64,000 nt of DNA from Elusimicrobiota bacterium (lineage in GTDB: Bacteria > Elusimicrobiota > Elusimicrobia > UBA1565 > UBA9628), in assembly GCA_027451985.1 (NCBI GenBank), contig DAIDHS010000010.1:196-64195 (forward strand), given 5' to 3'. Position 1 is the first letter of the stretch; every line of letters begins with the position of its first letter. A program made the translations under genes and the position numbers. The notes beneath the pieces were generated by a model, which saw only the letters and a list, made by a program, of their open reading frames with translations, was not told where the DNA came from and ran no database searches. Of this stretch, positions 9,415 to 18,286 are shown piece after piece.

Positions 9415-10613
9415 GCGGCGCGCACTCCGGGATAAAAAGAGGTCATGCCTGCCAACGCCAGCAGAACGCAGGCGCAAGCCAGAGCCAGCTTCCCTAAATT
9501 CGCACTTTCGATGAGGCCGCCCATGAAGGCCATGGAAACGGGAATGGCGCCGACGCTGATGAGATTGACCCAGCCCATGACCGCGGGTACGTCCTCTTCC
9601 AGCGGTCGGGCTTGGAACAAGGTCAGGAGAGTGACGTTTAAGACTGAAAGCGCGGCGCCCAGCGCCAAAAGCGCCATGCAGGCGAGGGCGGGGGTTCGGT
9701 TGAGGGCGAAAATCAGATACATGAGCGAAATGGAGAACAGGCTTGCGATAATCCGAGTTCCCGCTTTCCCATGCGCGCTCAGGAGCGAAAGGACGAGGCT
9801 GCCGCTGGCCATACCCAAGCCCAGCGAGGTTTCCATCGCGGAGAGAGTTCCGATGCCGCCGTTGAAGCGATATTTGGCGAAGAGCGGCAAGAACGCAAGG
9901 ATGGGAGTGAAGGCCATGTTCATGAGGGAAAAAGCGGCCAGAAGAAAGCGCACGAGCCCGTCTTCCTTAAACGGGATACGGGGTTTCACCTCATCGTCGG
10001 CCGCGGAGACGGGGGATTTCTTCGGGTTTGGGGCCGAAGCTGCCTTTATCCGCGACTCCAGAAACGCGGCCAGGAGGTAGCTTGCCGCGTTGGCGAGAAA
10101 AAGCCCACCCAAGCCGAGCCAGGGGTAGAGCGAGGCGGCTGCGATTGGTCCCGCGATATTGCCCATGGAAAAACAGGAGTCGACCATGGCGGTCAACTGG
10201 CCCAGAAGACCTTCTTTCGAGCGCGGTAGGCTCGCGGGCAAGGACATGATCGCGGGATTGAAGAGCGCGGAGGCGCAGTTCGCCAAGAAAGTGACGCAGA
10301 ATAGAACCGCCATTTTGGGCCAGAGAGCCCAGGCCGCCCCGGCGGCGGCGTAGACTAGGGCGCGCGCCACGTCCGTTGCGACTACGGTCTTGAGGGCACC
10401 CAGCTTTCCAATCCATTTTGCGGCTGGGCGGGAGAAAAGGAGATGGGGCAGCGCGCCCGCAGCCAAAAACCAGGGGACCAGGCGCAAGGAGCCCAGGCTC
10501 GCGATGACCCAGACTAAGCCTACCGTCATCATCTTGTCGCAGATTTGCGAGATGGCTTGTCCGGAAAATATTTTGGCGGCGTCGGCGTCCTGGAAGACTG
10601 TGAGGGAAAACAT
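9411..10613 (-). CDS. MFS transporter (macrolide/peptide efflux type)
   Basis: 400 aa with about 12 hydrophobic segments; GQAISQICDKM and ALFNPA motifs; lies inside the biosynthetic operon. Confidence 0.85.
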   Translation of the reverse strand: MFSLTVFQDADAAKIFSGQAISQICDKMMTVGLVWVIASLGSLRLVPWFLAAGALPHLLFSRPAAKWIGKLGALKTVVATDVARALVYAAAGAAWALWPKMAVLFCVTFLANCASALFNPAIMSLPASLPRSKEGLLGQLTAMVDSCFSMGNIAGPIAAASLYPWLGLGGLFLANAASYLLAAFLESRIKAASAPNPKKSPVSAADDEVKPRIPFKEDGLVRFLLAAFSLMNMAFTPILAFLPLFAKYRFNGGIGTLSAMETSLGLGMASGSLVLSLLSAHGKAGTRIIASLFSISLMYLIFALNRTPALACMALLALGAALSVLNVTLLTLFQARPLEEDVPAVMGWVNLISVGAIPVSMAFMGGLIESANLGKLALACACVLLALAGMTSFYPGVRAA

Positions 10614-10616
10614 CCG

Positions 10617-11774
10617 TCAATCCATCAAGTTTGGGCCTAGGAAGATGTCCCGCCAGTTTCGGTAGTACTCGCGAAGAAACTTCTTGTTTGTTCCGGCCAG
10701 CTGGGCGCCTTGGAAATCGAGGATTTCGAAGGTTTTGCTCAGGACCGCGTAGTCGTAGCGCATTTTATCATGAAGCTGGAAGGCGGGAAAATAAGCGCAG
10801 GGAACGAAGCGGGCCTGGAGGATGCCTTCGACGGTCTTGAGCTTGTCCGCACGCGCAATAGTCTCGATGTAGCGCACGCCGCGGCGGTGCAGGAGCTCGG
10901 AGGCCTTGGACAGTACCTGGGCGAAGAGGATGTCGTCCGGCTTGTGGATGCCGACCAAAGTGCAGTATTGATCGGCGGGCGCCAGGAAGGCGAAAATTTC
11001 GACCTTGCGGCACGGCGAGGCGATGATGATGTTGGGCTGATGAAAAGGGTAGAAATGAAAGGGGATTTTTCGATCCTCCTGAAGGTTGCGGAAACGGTGC
11101 AAAGTAAAGAGGGGCGCGTCGATGATTTCCAGCGCGGGGATTTTGGCCGGAGTTGTTTGGGAAACGGAATATTCGGAAGGTTTGGCGATGGGAATCTTGG
11201 GGATGCCGATTTCGCTTCGGACAATGTCGACTAAGCCCGCGAACTTGGGGTGCAACTTGAAGTCGGTGAAGCGCTGGGCAAGCGAGCCATCGAAGAAAAA
11301 GGCGGTCAGGCAGTGGGTTTCATAAGCGTCGGTGCGGTGGATGTTGGGAAAGATGCCCAACTTCTTGTAGCCCAGCTTTTCCGCGACAATTTGCGGCGCC
11401 TGACTCGTGGTTCTGGTGGTCGCGTAGATGACGTCCACGCCGCCTTTGCCGGCCCGCAGGCGTTGGGCACCGAACGTCATGGATTTTTCAAGGAGGTCGG
11501 CGCCGCGGTGCTCCGGAAGGACGACTCCGCCGAAGACCTTGGCGATCCGGTTACGCTCGTCTGTCTCCCACGCGACCGAACCGACGATGGAACCATTCCT
11601 CTCCGCGACCACCCAGACGTTGGCGGGTTCGGAGAGAAAGGCCGTGAGCAGTCCTACGTCCCGCATGAGGGGATCGGTATAGGTTCCGTTGTAGACCCGG
11701 TGGTAGAGGAGCGTAATTTCAAGCGCGTCCTCCGGCGTCGCCAGGCGGATGCGGTATTCCGTCGTCTTAGCCAT
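10617..11774 (-). CDS. GNAT-family N-acyltransferase with C-terminal extension
   Basis: IRLATPED, WVVAERNGSIVG, VVLPEHRG, KLGYKKLG motifs. Confidence 0.8.
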   Translation of the reverse strand: MAKTTEYRIRLATPEDALEITLLYHRVYNGTYTDPLMRDVGLLTAFLSEPANVWVVAERNGSIVGSVAWETDERNRIAKVFGGVVLPEHRGADLLEKSMTFGAQRLRAGKGGVDVIYATTRTTSQAPQIVAEKLGYKKLGIFPNIHRTDAYETHCLTAFFFDGSLAQRFTDFKLHPKFAGLVDIVRSEIGIPKIPIAKPSEYSVSQTTPAKIPALEIIDAPLFTLHRFRNLQEDRKIPFHFYPFHQPNIIIASPCRKVEIFAFLAPADQYCTLVGIHKPDDILFAQVLSKASELLHRRGVRYIETIARADKLKTVEGILQARFVPCAYFPAFQLHDKMRYDYAVLSKTFEILDFQGAQLAGTNKKFLREYYRNWRDIFLGPNLMD

Positions 11775-11812
11775 GCAAGTGCAATTGTAATAAATAAGGC
11801 GGGAAAGCGGCC

Positions 11813-11826
11813 TTGACGGGGATCAA
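11813..11826. promoter_or_regulatory. Crp/Fnr-family-like box TTGAC-N4-ATCAA
   Basis: One mismatch to TTGAT-N4-ATCAA, in the divergent intergenic region. A minus-strand TACAAT at 11789-11784 puts the box centre near -42. Confidence 0.45.
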
Positions 11827-11867
11827 CGCCCGCGAAATTTGCCAAAATCGAAAGCGATCGGCTGTTT

Positions 11868-12572
11868 ATGGAAAAAATGCTTGAAGTTCGGGATTTGCGC
11901 AAGACGTTTGGCGCCGTTGCGGCCGTGGACGGCATTTCCTTTGAGGTCTCTCCCGGGGAAATTGTGGGACTCTTGGGCCCCAACGGAGCCGGCAAAACCA
12001 CGACCATCAGCATGATTCTGGGCATTCTCGAGCCCAGCGGCGGGGAAATCCTTATTGAGGATCGCGGACATATGAATTTCGCGGCGGTCTACGCGCCCTT
12101 GCCCGGCAACCTGACCGTGGCGGAAAATCTTAGGGTATTCGGACTCATATACGGCGTGGAGAACTTCCGCGAGCGGCTAGAAGAACTTCTAAAGCAGTTC
12201 GATCTGGCCAAGTACCGGAATACGAAGGCGGGGCTTTTGTCCTCTGGCGAGCAGACGAGACTCTGCCTTGCCAAGGCGATGCTCAATAAACCCCAGTTGC
12301 TGCTTTTGGATGAGCCCACGGCCTCGTTGGATCCGTCCATCGCGCGCGAAATCCGCGCGGAAATAAAGGACTTCACGGTGCGGGGGCGCGGCGCTGTGCT
12401 TTGGACCTCGCACAACATGCACGAGGTCGAGGAGGTGTGCGACCGGGTGCTTTTCCTCTCGCACGGCAAGATCCTCCTAGAGGGCGACCCCAAGGTCTTG
12501 CCGCAGCGTCACGGCAAGAAGACGCTGGAAGATCTTTTCGTCGCCGTCGCGCGGGAGCCTCTGTCCTTGTGA
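11868..12572 (+). CDS. ABC-2 exporter ATP-binding subunit
   Basis: GPNGAGKTT Walker A, LSSGEQ signature, LLLLDEPT Walker B, SH switch. Confidence 0.93.
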   Translation: MEKMLEVRDLRKTFGAVAAVDGISFEVSPGEIVGLLGPNGAGKTTTISMILGILEPSGGEILIEDRGHMNFAAVYAPLPGNLTVAENLRVFGLIYGVENFRERLEELLKQFDLAKYRNTKAGLLSSGEQTRLCLAKAMLNKPQLLLLDEPTASLDPSIAREIRAEIKDFTVRGRGAVLWTSHNMHEVEEVCDRVLFLSHGKILLEGDPKVLPQRHGKKTLEDLFVAVAREPLSL

Positions 12573-13372
12573 ACCCGAAGCGCCTTTACGCCGTGGTGCT
12601 GAGGCAGTTCTACCTGATGCGGGGAAGCCTCTCGCGCGTCCTGCCGCTCTTCGCCTGGGTCACCGTCGACATCGCTCTTTGGGGTTTCCTGACGCGCTAC
12701 CTTAATTCCGTGGCGGACTCGGGCTTCAGCTTCGTCACCACACTTCTGGGCGCGGTGCTTTTGTGGGACTTTTTCATGCGCGTCATGCAGGGCGTGACCA
12801 TGGCATTCTTCGAGGACGTCTGGTCGCGCAATTTCCTTAATTTCTTCGCTTCGCCGCTGACCATCTGGGACTATTTGGGCGGCTTGGTCGCCAGCAGTAT
12901 TGCGACGAGTTCCATCGGTTTGGCGGCCATGCTGCTGCTGGCGGGTCTGGCCTTCGGGCTTTCCTTTGCGGCCTACGGGGTGATGTTCGTTCCCTTCCTG
13001 CTGATTCTTTTCATCTTCGGCATCGCTTTGGGCGTGATGGCGACGGCTTTGGTCTTGAGACTCGGCCCGGCCTCGGAGTGGTTCGTCTGGCCCATCCCGG
13101 CCCTTATCGCGCCCTTCGCCGGGGTCTTCTATCCGGTCGCGGTTCTTCCGCGCTGGATGCAGCTTTTCGCGCGTGTTCTTCCGCCGGCCTACGTGTTTGA
13201 GTCCATGCGCACCATCGTCCTGCACCGCTCGCCCGGCGCGTGGCCGGTCCTGGCCGGGGCCGGCTTGGCCGTGCTTTATCTTGCGGCCGGCTGCTGGATT
13301 TTCGCGCGCACCTACCGCTATGCGGTGCGCACAGGCCTCATCGCGCGCTACAGCGCCGAGAGCGTCAGCTGA
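12569..13372 (+). CDS. ABC-2 exporter permease
   Basis: About 6 TM segments, GVFYPVAVLP.W motif; GTG at 12569 overlaps the ATPase stop. Confidence 0.88.
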   Translation: MNPKRLYAVVLRQFYLMRGSLSRVLPLFAWVTVDIALWGFLTRYLNSVADSGFSFVTTLLGAVLLWDFFMRVMQGVTMAFFEDVWSRNFLNFFASPLTIWDYLGGLVASSIATSSIGLAAMLLLAGLAFGLSFAAYGVMFVPFLLILFIFGIALGVMATALVLRLGPASEWFVWPIPALIAPFAGVFYPVAVLPRWMQLFARVLPPAYVFESMRTIVLHRSPGAWPVLAGAGLAVLYLAAGCWIFARTYRYAVRTGLIARYSAESVS

Positions 13373-13412
13373 CGCCCCCGGCGCCTGTGTTGCGCGCTTA
13401 ATACTGCGCGGC

Positions 13413-14441
13413 CTAAGGCGTGACGACGATGCGTCCCGCGACGCCGCCCCGTTTAAGGCGCTCGCACACTTCGTTGATGCGGTCCAAAGGCGCGAATTCG
13501 GTTTCTTCGAGGCTTAGGGTCTCGTTTTCGGCCAGCGCCGTGACTTCCCGCAGTTCTTTAAGCGTTCCCCACAAGGTCGCTTCGAAGGCCACTTCGAACC
13601 GGCTGTTGGCCAGAACTTTAAGGTTCGCCGTCCCGCCACCCAATCCCACCTGGGTCACTTTACCCAAAGAACGGGTGACCGAGACGGCCGCGGCCAGGGT
13701 CTGATCGCTGCCCACGAAGTCAAAGGCGGCGCAGACGCCCTTGCCGTTGGTCAGGTCCATGACTTTTTCTCTTAGATCCGGATCACGGCCGTTGAGCGTG
13801 TGCTCGGCCCCGTCATTGCGCGCGATTTTCAGCTTTTCGTCGCTGATATCGACGGCGATGAGCTCGCAGCCGCTGAGAATCTTGAGGAACTTGACGCCGT
13901 ATTGCCCCAGACCGCCCAGACCGATGACCAAGGCTTTGTAATCGGGCTCAAGGAACGGCAGGGCCTTCTTCACCGCGCGGTAGGGCGTCAAGGCCGCGTC
14001 GGCCAGGGGCGCGGCGCGGCGCGGATCGAGCCGGCTGAGCTTCACGAGATAGCTTTCCTTGGGAACCAGAATGTCCTCGGCATAGCCGCCGTTCCACTTG
14101 GAAAGCCCCGCCCACTGGGGACTGTCGCAGAGTTGCTCGTGACCTGAGACGCAGGGGCCGCAGGCTTCGCAACCCCAGCCTCCGAAAATAACGACCGCGT
14201 CGCCTTCTCGGACCATGGTCACGCCCTTGCCGACGGCCGCAACGTAGCCGGCATTTTCGTGGCCGAGAGTCAGCGGCAGAGGTAGGGGCAGTTCGATTTC
14301 CTTGTCAATGACGTGCAGGTCGCTATGACAAAAGCCGGAGCCCGCGATTTTGACCAGAACCTGCCCGGGGCCGGGCGTCGGCGTAGGCACCTCCTCGACG
14401 GTCAGCGGCTTCTTGTACTCGTGCAGCCGTGCGGCTTTCAT
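13413..14441 (-). CDS. Zn-dependent NAD(P) alcohol dehydrogenase (MDR family)
   Basis: CHSDLH, GHENAG, CEACGPC..GHEQLC structural Zn, GLGGLG. Confidence 0.93.
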   Translation of the reverse strand: MKAARLHEYKKPLTVEEVPTPTPGPGQVLVKIAGSGFCHSDLHVIDKEIELPLPLPLTLGHENAGYVAAVGKGVTMVREGDAVVIFGGWGCEACGPCVSGHEQLCDSPQWAGLSKWNGGYAEDILVPKESYLVKLSRLDPRRAAPLADAALTPYRAVKKALPFLEPDYKALVIGLGGLGQYGVKFLKILSGCELIAVDISDEKLKIARNDGAEHTLNGRDPDLREKVMDLTNGKGVCAAFDFVGSDQTLAAAVSVTRSLGKVTQVGLGGGTANLKVLANSRFEVAFEATLWGTLKELREVTALAENETLSLEETEFAPLDRINEVCERLKRGGVAGRIVVTP

Positions 14442-14446
14442 AATGT

Positions 14447-14899
14447 TCACCTCGCGGACGAATTCTCTGGCGGCAAATGTCCTAGCGTGGGACTCGCAAC
14501 GTTTTTTCCGGCATCCGCGCCATTCTGCGCCCGATCGGCGGGGCCTTCCCGGCTGGAGTTAAAATCTTCGTGTCCCTGCAGCCGACGGTGCGAGAGATAT
14601 GCGGTCAAGCCGCCGATAAAAACAAGGCACGACGCCCAGGCGATAGGCCCCGCGCTCGCGATGACGACGGCATAAAGGATAACGCCCGCGCCCGAGGTCG
14701 CGGCCAGTCCTCCGATGTCCCGCGCCCGTTCAAGCCGTTTGGTTTCTTCCGGCGTAAGCCACGGAACCGTCACGACCAAGGGGGCGAGTTCGGTTTCCGT
14801 AGCCGTTGAGAGGGGAACTTCCGGAGCTGTTTTTGGATGGGTTTGGCTCCAAGAGGGCGAAACTAATGCGAGCGAGAGGGCGGCGGCTATAATATTCAT
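14447..14899 (-). CDS. Hypothetical exported/membrane protein
   Basis: Signal-like N-terminus MNIIAAALSLALV and two Gly/Ala-rich hydrophobic helices. Confidence 0.55.
   Translation of the reverse strand: MNIIAAALSLALVSPSWSQTHPKTAPEVPLSTATETELAPLVVTVPWLTPEETKRLERARDIGGLAATSGAGVILYAVVIASAGPIAWASCLVFIGGLTAYLSHRRLQGHEDFNSSREGPADRAQNGADAGKNVASPTLGHLPPENSSAR
14496..14509 (-). promoter_or_regulatory. Sigma-54-like element upstream of the ADH gene
   Basis: Minus strand GG AAAAAAC GTTGC about 55 nt before ATG 14441. Confidence 0.4.
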
Positions 14900-14924
14900 G
14901 GCCCGATTCTCGTTCTTAAATACC

Positions 14925-14955
14925 GCATCGTTTCGGCCATGGGCAGAAGCGTTGC
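14925..14955. promoter_or_regulatory. Back-to-back sigma-54-like elements
   Basis: Minus strand TGG CCGAAAC GATGC (14939-14925); plus strand GG CAGAAGC GTTGC (14942-14955) followed by TTTAAAAATA. Confidence 0.5.
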
Positions 14956-14989
14956 ATTTAAAAATATTTTGGAACGGCGGCAAACGGCC

Positions 14990-15616
14990 ATGCTGATTAG
15001 AGGTAAGGGCAAAGCAAGGGTTGGGGTGTGGATCGGAGTTCTTTGCGCAGTCTTGGCGGCCTTGGCCGTCGGTTGTCTTCCCCGCTGGCAGGGGTACCCG
15101 CCGCAGCCTTTGACACTCCCCAAAGGCTCCTTTAAGATTCAGCGCCAGGATACGAGCGAAGCGGCGTCCGGGCGGACGGAACTGCCGGTGGCCGATCCGG
15201 ATAGCCGGAACGCGCGCTACTACAGCGACCTAGGTCCTGACGTCGTTGACGTATCCAGTTATCCCGCGCAGCAGCGCTACAACTACCGGGTCTACGCCGA
15301 GGTCTGCTCCCGCTGCCATACCTTGGCCCGCTCGATCAACGCTCCGGTGGCCAGCCGAGAGTTTTGGGAGTTCTACATGCTGGGTATGCGCACCGCCAAC
15401 CGAATCGACGAAAAGCCTCCCATCACCGCGCAGGAGCGCAAGGCTATCTTGGATTTTCTCGAATATGACTCGCGCGTCCGAAAAGTCGAGCACGCGCGGC
15501 AATTCGAAGCACAAACTGAGGAGTTGAAGCGCCGCTACGGCGCTTATCTGCGTGATCGCTTGCGCCGGCTGCAGCAGGGTTCCCAGCCGGTGATTTTACA
15601 ACCCTCGGGGCATTAG
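14990..15616 (+). CDS. Monoheme c-type cytochrome lipoprotein
   Basis: Hydrophobic stretch ending LAVGC; single CSRCH heme motif; downstream W..YM..M could supply a distal Met. Confidence 0.7.
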   Translation: MLIRGKGKARVGVWIGVLCAVLAALAVGCLPRWQGYPPQPLTLPKGSFKIQRQDTSEAASGRTELPVADPDSRNARYYSDLGPDVVDVSSYPAQQRYNYRVYAEVCSRCHTLARSINAPVASREFWEFYMLGMRTANRIDEKPPITAQERKAILDFLEYDSRVRKVEHARQFEAQTEELKRRYGAYLRDRLRRLQQGSQPVILQPSGH

Positions 15617-15629
15617 GAAACTCGGCGCA

Positions 15630-16082
15630 TCATCGCCGCCGGGACCATTGCGGCAAACCATCCGCGTTTCTAAACTGCAGGACGCTTTTCCCAACGCGGA
15701 TTTCGCGCGCCACTAAAGCGGGTTTCCCGTTAAAGGCGATGCGGGAGCCCTTGACTTCAATCCGATCGTTCACGGCAAGCTTGGTTGCTTGCGCATCGAC
15801 GTACCACGAGGGTCCAAGATGGACGGGGATGGTCTCCTTATCCGTCTGAAGCGTTATAAGCACGCCGGTAGACATCCCGCGCTCCGGAATGAAATTTTCA
15901 ATGCCGCTAATGACGCCGGATGCCGTTTCAACCGTTTTGGGGTCGTACATCCGGCAATAGACGGACCGCGGTCCCCATCCGCGGCCGCCTCCCCGACCCC
16001 GTCCGTATCCGCGTTGAGCCCAGACTGTTCCAGCTGCCGCGAAAGCAATGAGAGAAAGTGCGACGGCGACTATTTTTTTCAT
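15630..16082 (-). CDS. Exported small OB-fold-like conserved protein
   Basis: Signal peptide, Gly/Arg-rich linker, YDPKTVET.SG, VHLGPSWY, IEVKGSR, R...G.P.W motifs; GGAGG RBS. Confidence 0.65.
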   Translation of the reverse strand: MKKIVAVALSLIAFAAAGTVWAQRGYGRGRGGGRGWGPRSVYCRMYDPKTVETASGVISGIENFIPERGMSTGVLITLQTDKETIPVHLGPSWYVDAQATKLAVNDRIEVKGSRIAFNGKPALVAREIRVGKSVLQFRNADGLPQWSRRR

Positions 16083-16122
16083 GTGTTCCTCCATAGGAGA
16101 AGTTTCATGCCTTGGGAATGGA

Positions 16123-16158
16123 GCAACGCGATTGCCAAACGGTGGGATTTTCTGTTGC
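16123..16158. promoter_or_regulatory. Back-to-back sigma-54-like elements
   Basis: Minus strand TTGGCAATCGCGTTGCT (best consensus match in the window); plus strand GG ATTTTCT GTTGC (16145-16158). Confidence 0.6.
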
Positions 16159-16207
16159 AAAGAGTGACGATGTCACTTAAATCGTCCTCTCTTGTTAAGG
16201 GGGAGCC

Positions 16208-16642
16208 ATGTCGAAACTGCAGGAGACTTTGTCTACGGTCGGTTCGGAACTGAGCGTGACGGAAGCCATTTACCGGCGGCGCGCCGTGCGCGAGGAACCC
16301 TGGGCCTTCGTCGTAGTGCAGGATCGCGCCGCGCTCAAGCGGCTCTCCGACGACGCGAGAAAAACCACTCACGATCAGGAACGGAACGTCCATCTGCCGG
16401 GAGAGGCGAAGCACCACTTCCGCATCCCGGAGAACTTCATGCTCGCGGCCTGCGCGATGGGGTTGGGCACCTGCGTCATCGGGCTGGCGGTCAAGGCTCT
16501 TAACGATCCCAAGTGGAAGAAGGAGTTCAATGTCCCGGCGGGCATGATCGCCTACGCGCCCATTATCGTGGGGATTCCGAAGGGGGAAGCGCCCGCCGTA
16601 GAGCGCCGGGAGCCGGAAATACTCGCGTGGAAGTCCGCTTGA
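16208..16642 (+). pseudogene. Nitroreductase-family gene with two apparent in-frame internal deletions
   Basis: RRRAVR is joined directly to EEPWAFVVVQD (the A..APs segment is missing) and HFRIP directly to ENFMLAACAMGLGTC (the strand and D...AA segment are missing). Confidence 0.6.
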
Positions 16643-16774
16643 ACGGGCGGAAGCGAGAGTGAAAAAACGCGCACTTAGGCTTGAAGGCGTTTACCGCCTG
16701 CTGGAGCCGGGCCCGGTCGTCCTAATTTCCACGGCGCGGGAGGAGAAAGCCAATATTATGAAGTGGGGGAACGG

Positions 16775-18157
16775 TCAAAGCGCGAAGGTTTGACCGATCG
16801 TCGGCGCCTTGCTTTCGGTGCGCGCCAAGCGCGGAGCCAGGGCGTTCATGGCTTTTTCCTCGCCGTGCACCAGAAAGGTGAGTTCCGCGCGGGTCCGGGC
16901 GTGCCAAGCCAATAGCTCGGCCCGATCGGCGTGGGCGGAAAAGCCGCCGATGGTGTGGATGTGCGCCCGGACCGGGATTTCCTCTCCGAATAAGCGGACG
17001 GTCTTGGCCCCATCGATGATGCGCCGCGCAGGAGTTCCCTGGGCGGCGTAACCCACGAAAACAACGCCGCACTCCGGCCTTGCGAGGTTGTTCCTGAGAT
17101 GATGGCGCACCCGTCCGCCCGTGCACATCCCGGAGCCCGCCATAATGACGGCTCCGCTGCGAATCTCGTTGATGGCCTTGGACTCGGCGGCTTCCCGGCA
17201 GAAGCGCAGGTGGGGGAGTTGGAACGGATCTTTGCCTTCCTTAAACATGGCGCGAGTCGCTTCCCCGTAGCATTCGGGGTGACTCTGGAAAATGCGCGTC
17301 GCGGAAATGGCCATGGGGGAGTCGAGAAATACGTGGCGCAACTCGGGCAAGCGGCCTTGTTCGACGCCCTCGCGGAGGAAATAGAGGAGCTCTTGCGCGC
17401 GCTCTAACGCGAACGTCGGAATGATGACGTTGCCGCCGCGACTAAATGTCGCGCTGATGGCTTCGTAGAGCTCGGCTACGGATGAATCGAGGGACCTGTG
17501 GCGCCGGTCTCCGTAGGTCGTCTCCATGACCACCGCGTCGGCTAGCCCAGCTTCGGGCGCGCGCAGGAGAGGTCGTCCAGCGTTGCCCAGATCGCCGGAG
17601 AACAAGACGCGCCGGGACTTTCCTTTCTCCTTTAGTTCCAGTAGGACGCAAGCCGAGCCCAGGATGTGGCCGGCGTCGATGAAGGTGGCCCTAATTCCGG
17701 GCGCCAGATCAAGCGCGCGGCCATAGGCCGCTACGCGGCCAAAATAATCGAGACTGTTGAGGGCATCAAGGGTTTGATAAAGCGGGAGCGGATGGCCGGG
17801 ACCACCGCTTTTTGCAGTTTTGCCCATGCGGTAAAGGGCCTCCTCTTCCTGCAAGTGGGCGGCGTCGAGCAGGACGATTTTAGCCAGCTCCCGGGAGGCT
17901 GCGGTGGTGATGACTTCCCCGCGGAAGCCCCTTTTGACCAGAAGCGGCAGGCGTCCGCAGTGATCAAGATGGCTGTGGGTGAGAAGGAGAAAATCAACGG
18001 CGGCCGGATCGAAGCCGAAAGGCTCGGCGTTCTCCTGCTCAAGCTCGCGGCTTCCTTGGTACATGCCGCAGTCCACGAGCACGCGTTTGCCCGCGCACTC
18101 GATCATATGGCAGGAGCCCGTGACTCCGCAGTCCGCGCCGTGAAAGGAGATGTTCAT
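16775..18157 (-). CDS. MBL-fold beta-CASP metallo-hydrolase (RNA-processing family)
   Basis: GADCGVTGSC, THSHLDHCG, AGHILGS, FSGDLG, METTYGDR, FSAHAD, LVHGE. Confidence 0.92.
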   Translation of the reverse strand: MNISFHGADCGVTGSCHMIECAGKRVLVDCGMYQGSRELEQENAEPFGFDPAAVDFLLLTHSHLDHCGRLPLLVKRGFRGEVITTAASRELAKIVLLDAAHLQEEEALYRMGKTAKSGGPGHPLPLYQTLDALNSLDYFGRVAAYGRALDLAPGIRATFIDAGHILGSACVLLELKEKGKSRRVLFSGDLGNAGRPLLRAPEAGLADAVVMETTYGDRRHRSLDSSVAELYEAISATFSRGGNVIIPTFALERAQELLYFLREGVEQGRLPELRHVFLDSPMAISATRIFQSHPECYGEATRAMFKEGKDPFQLPHLRFCREAAESKAINEIRSGAVIMAGSGMCTGGRVRHHLRNNLARPECGVVFVGYAAQGTPARRIIDGAKTVRLFGEEIPVRAHIHTIGGFSAHADRAELLAWHARTRAELTFLVHGEEKAMNALAPRLARTESKAPTIGQTFAL

Positions 18158-18189
18158 AGTGTTTGGCAACTCCGTTTCTTAAATGTACA

Positions 18190-18228
18190 GCAACGGTTAG
18201 GCCAAAATATAAACGGCAAAATTGTTGC
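18190..18228. promoter_or_regulatory. Back-to-back sigma-54-like elements for the MBL gene and cydAB
   Basis: Minus strand TTGG CCTAACC GTTGCT (18203-18190); plus strand GG CAAAATT GTTGC (18215-18228). Confidence 0.55.
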
Positions 18229-18286
18229 CCGGATGAACTAGAGCCGACTTTATCTAGGCTCGGCAGTTATATATATTGGAACGAGC

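Noticed and set aside
13380-13393. GG CGCCTGT GTTGC motif as a functional promoter
   Set aside because: It points into the 3' end of the convergent ADH gene with no sense gene downstream. It may be a relic or a chance match, so it is not counted in the regulon.
14990-15616. Photosynthetic reaction-centre cytochrome
   Set aside because: Only a generic monoheme resemblance; no psc, puf or bch genes.
15630-16082. Magnetosome gene (resemblance to MamS/MamX-type domain)
   Set aside because: The domain is widespread, this protein has no CxxCH, and no other mam genes are present.
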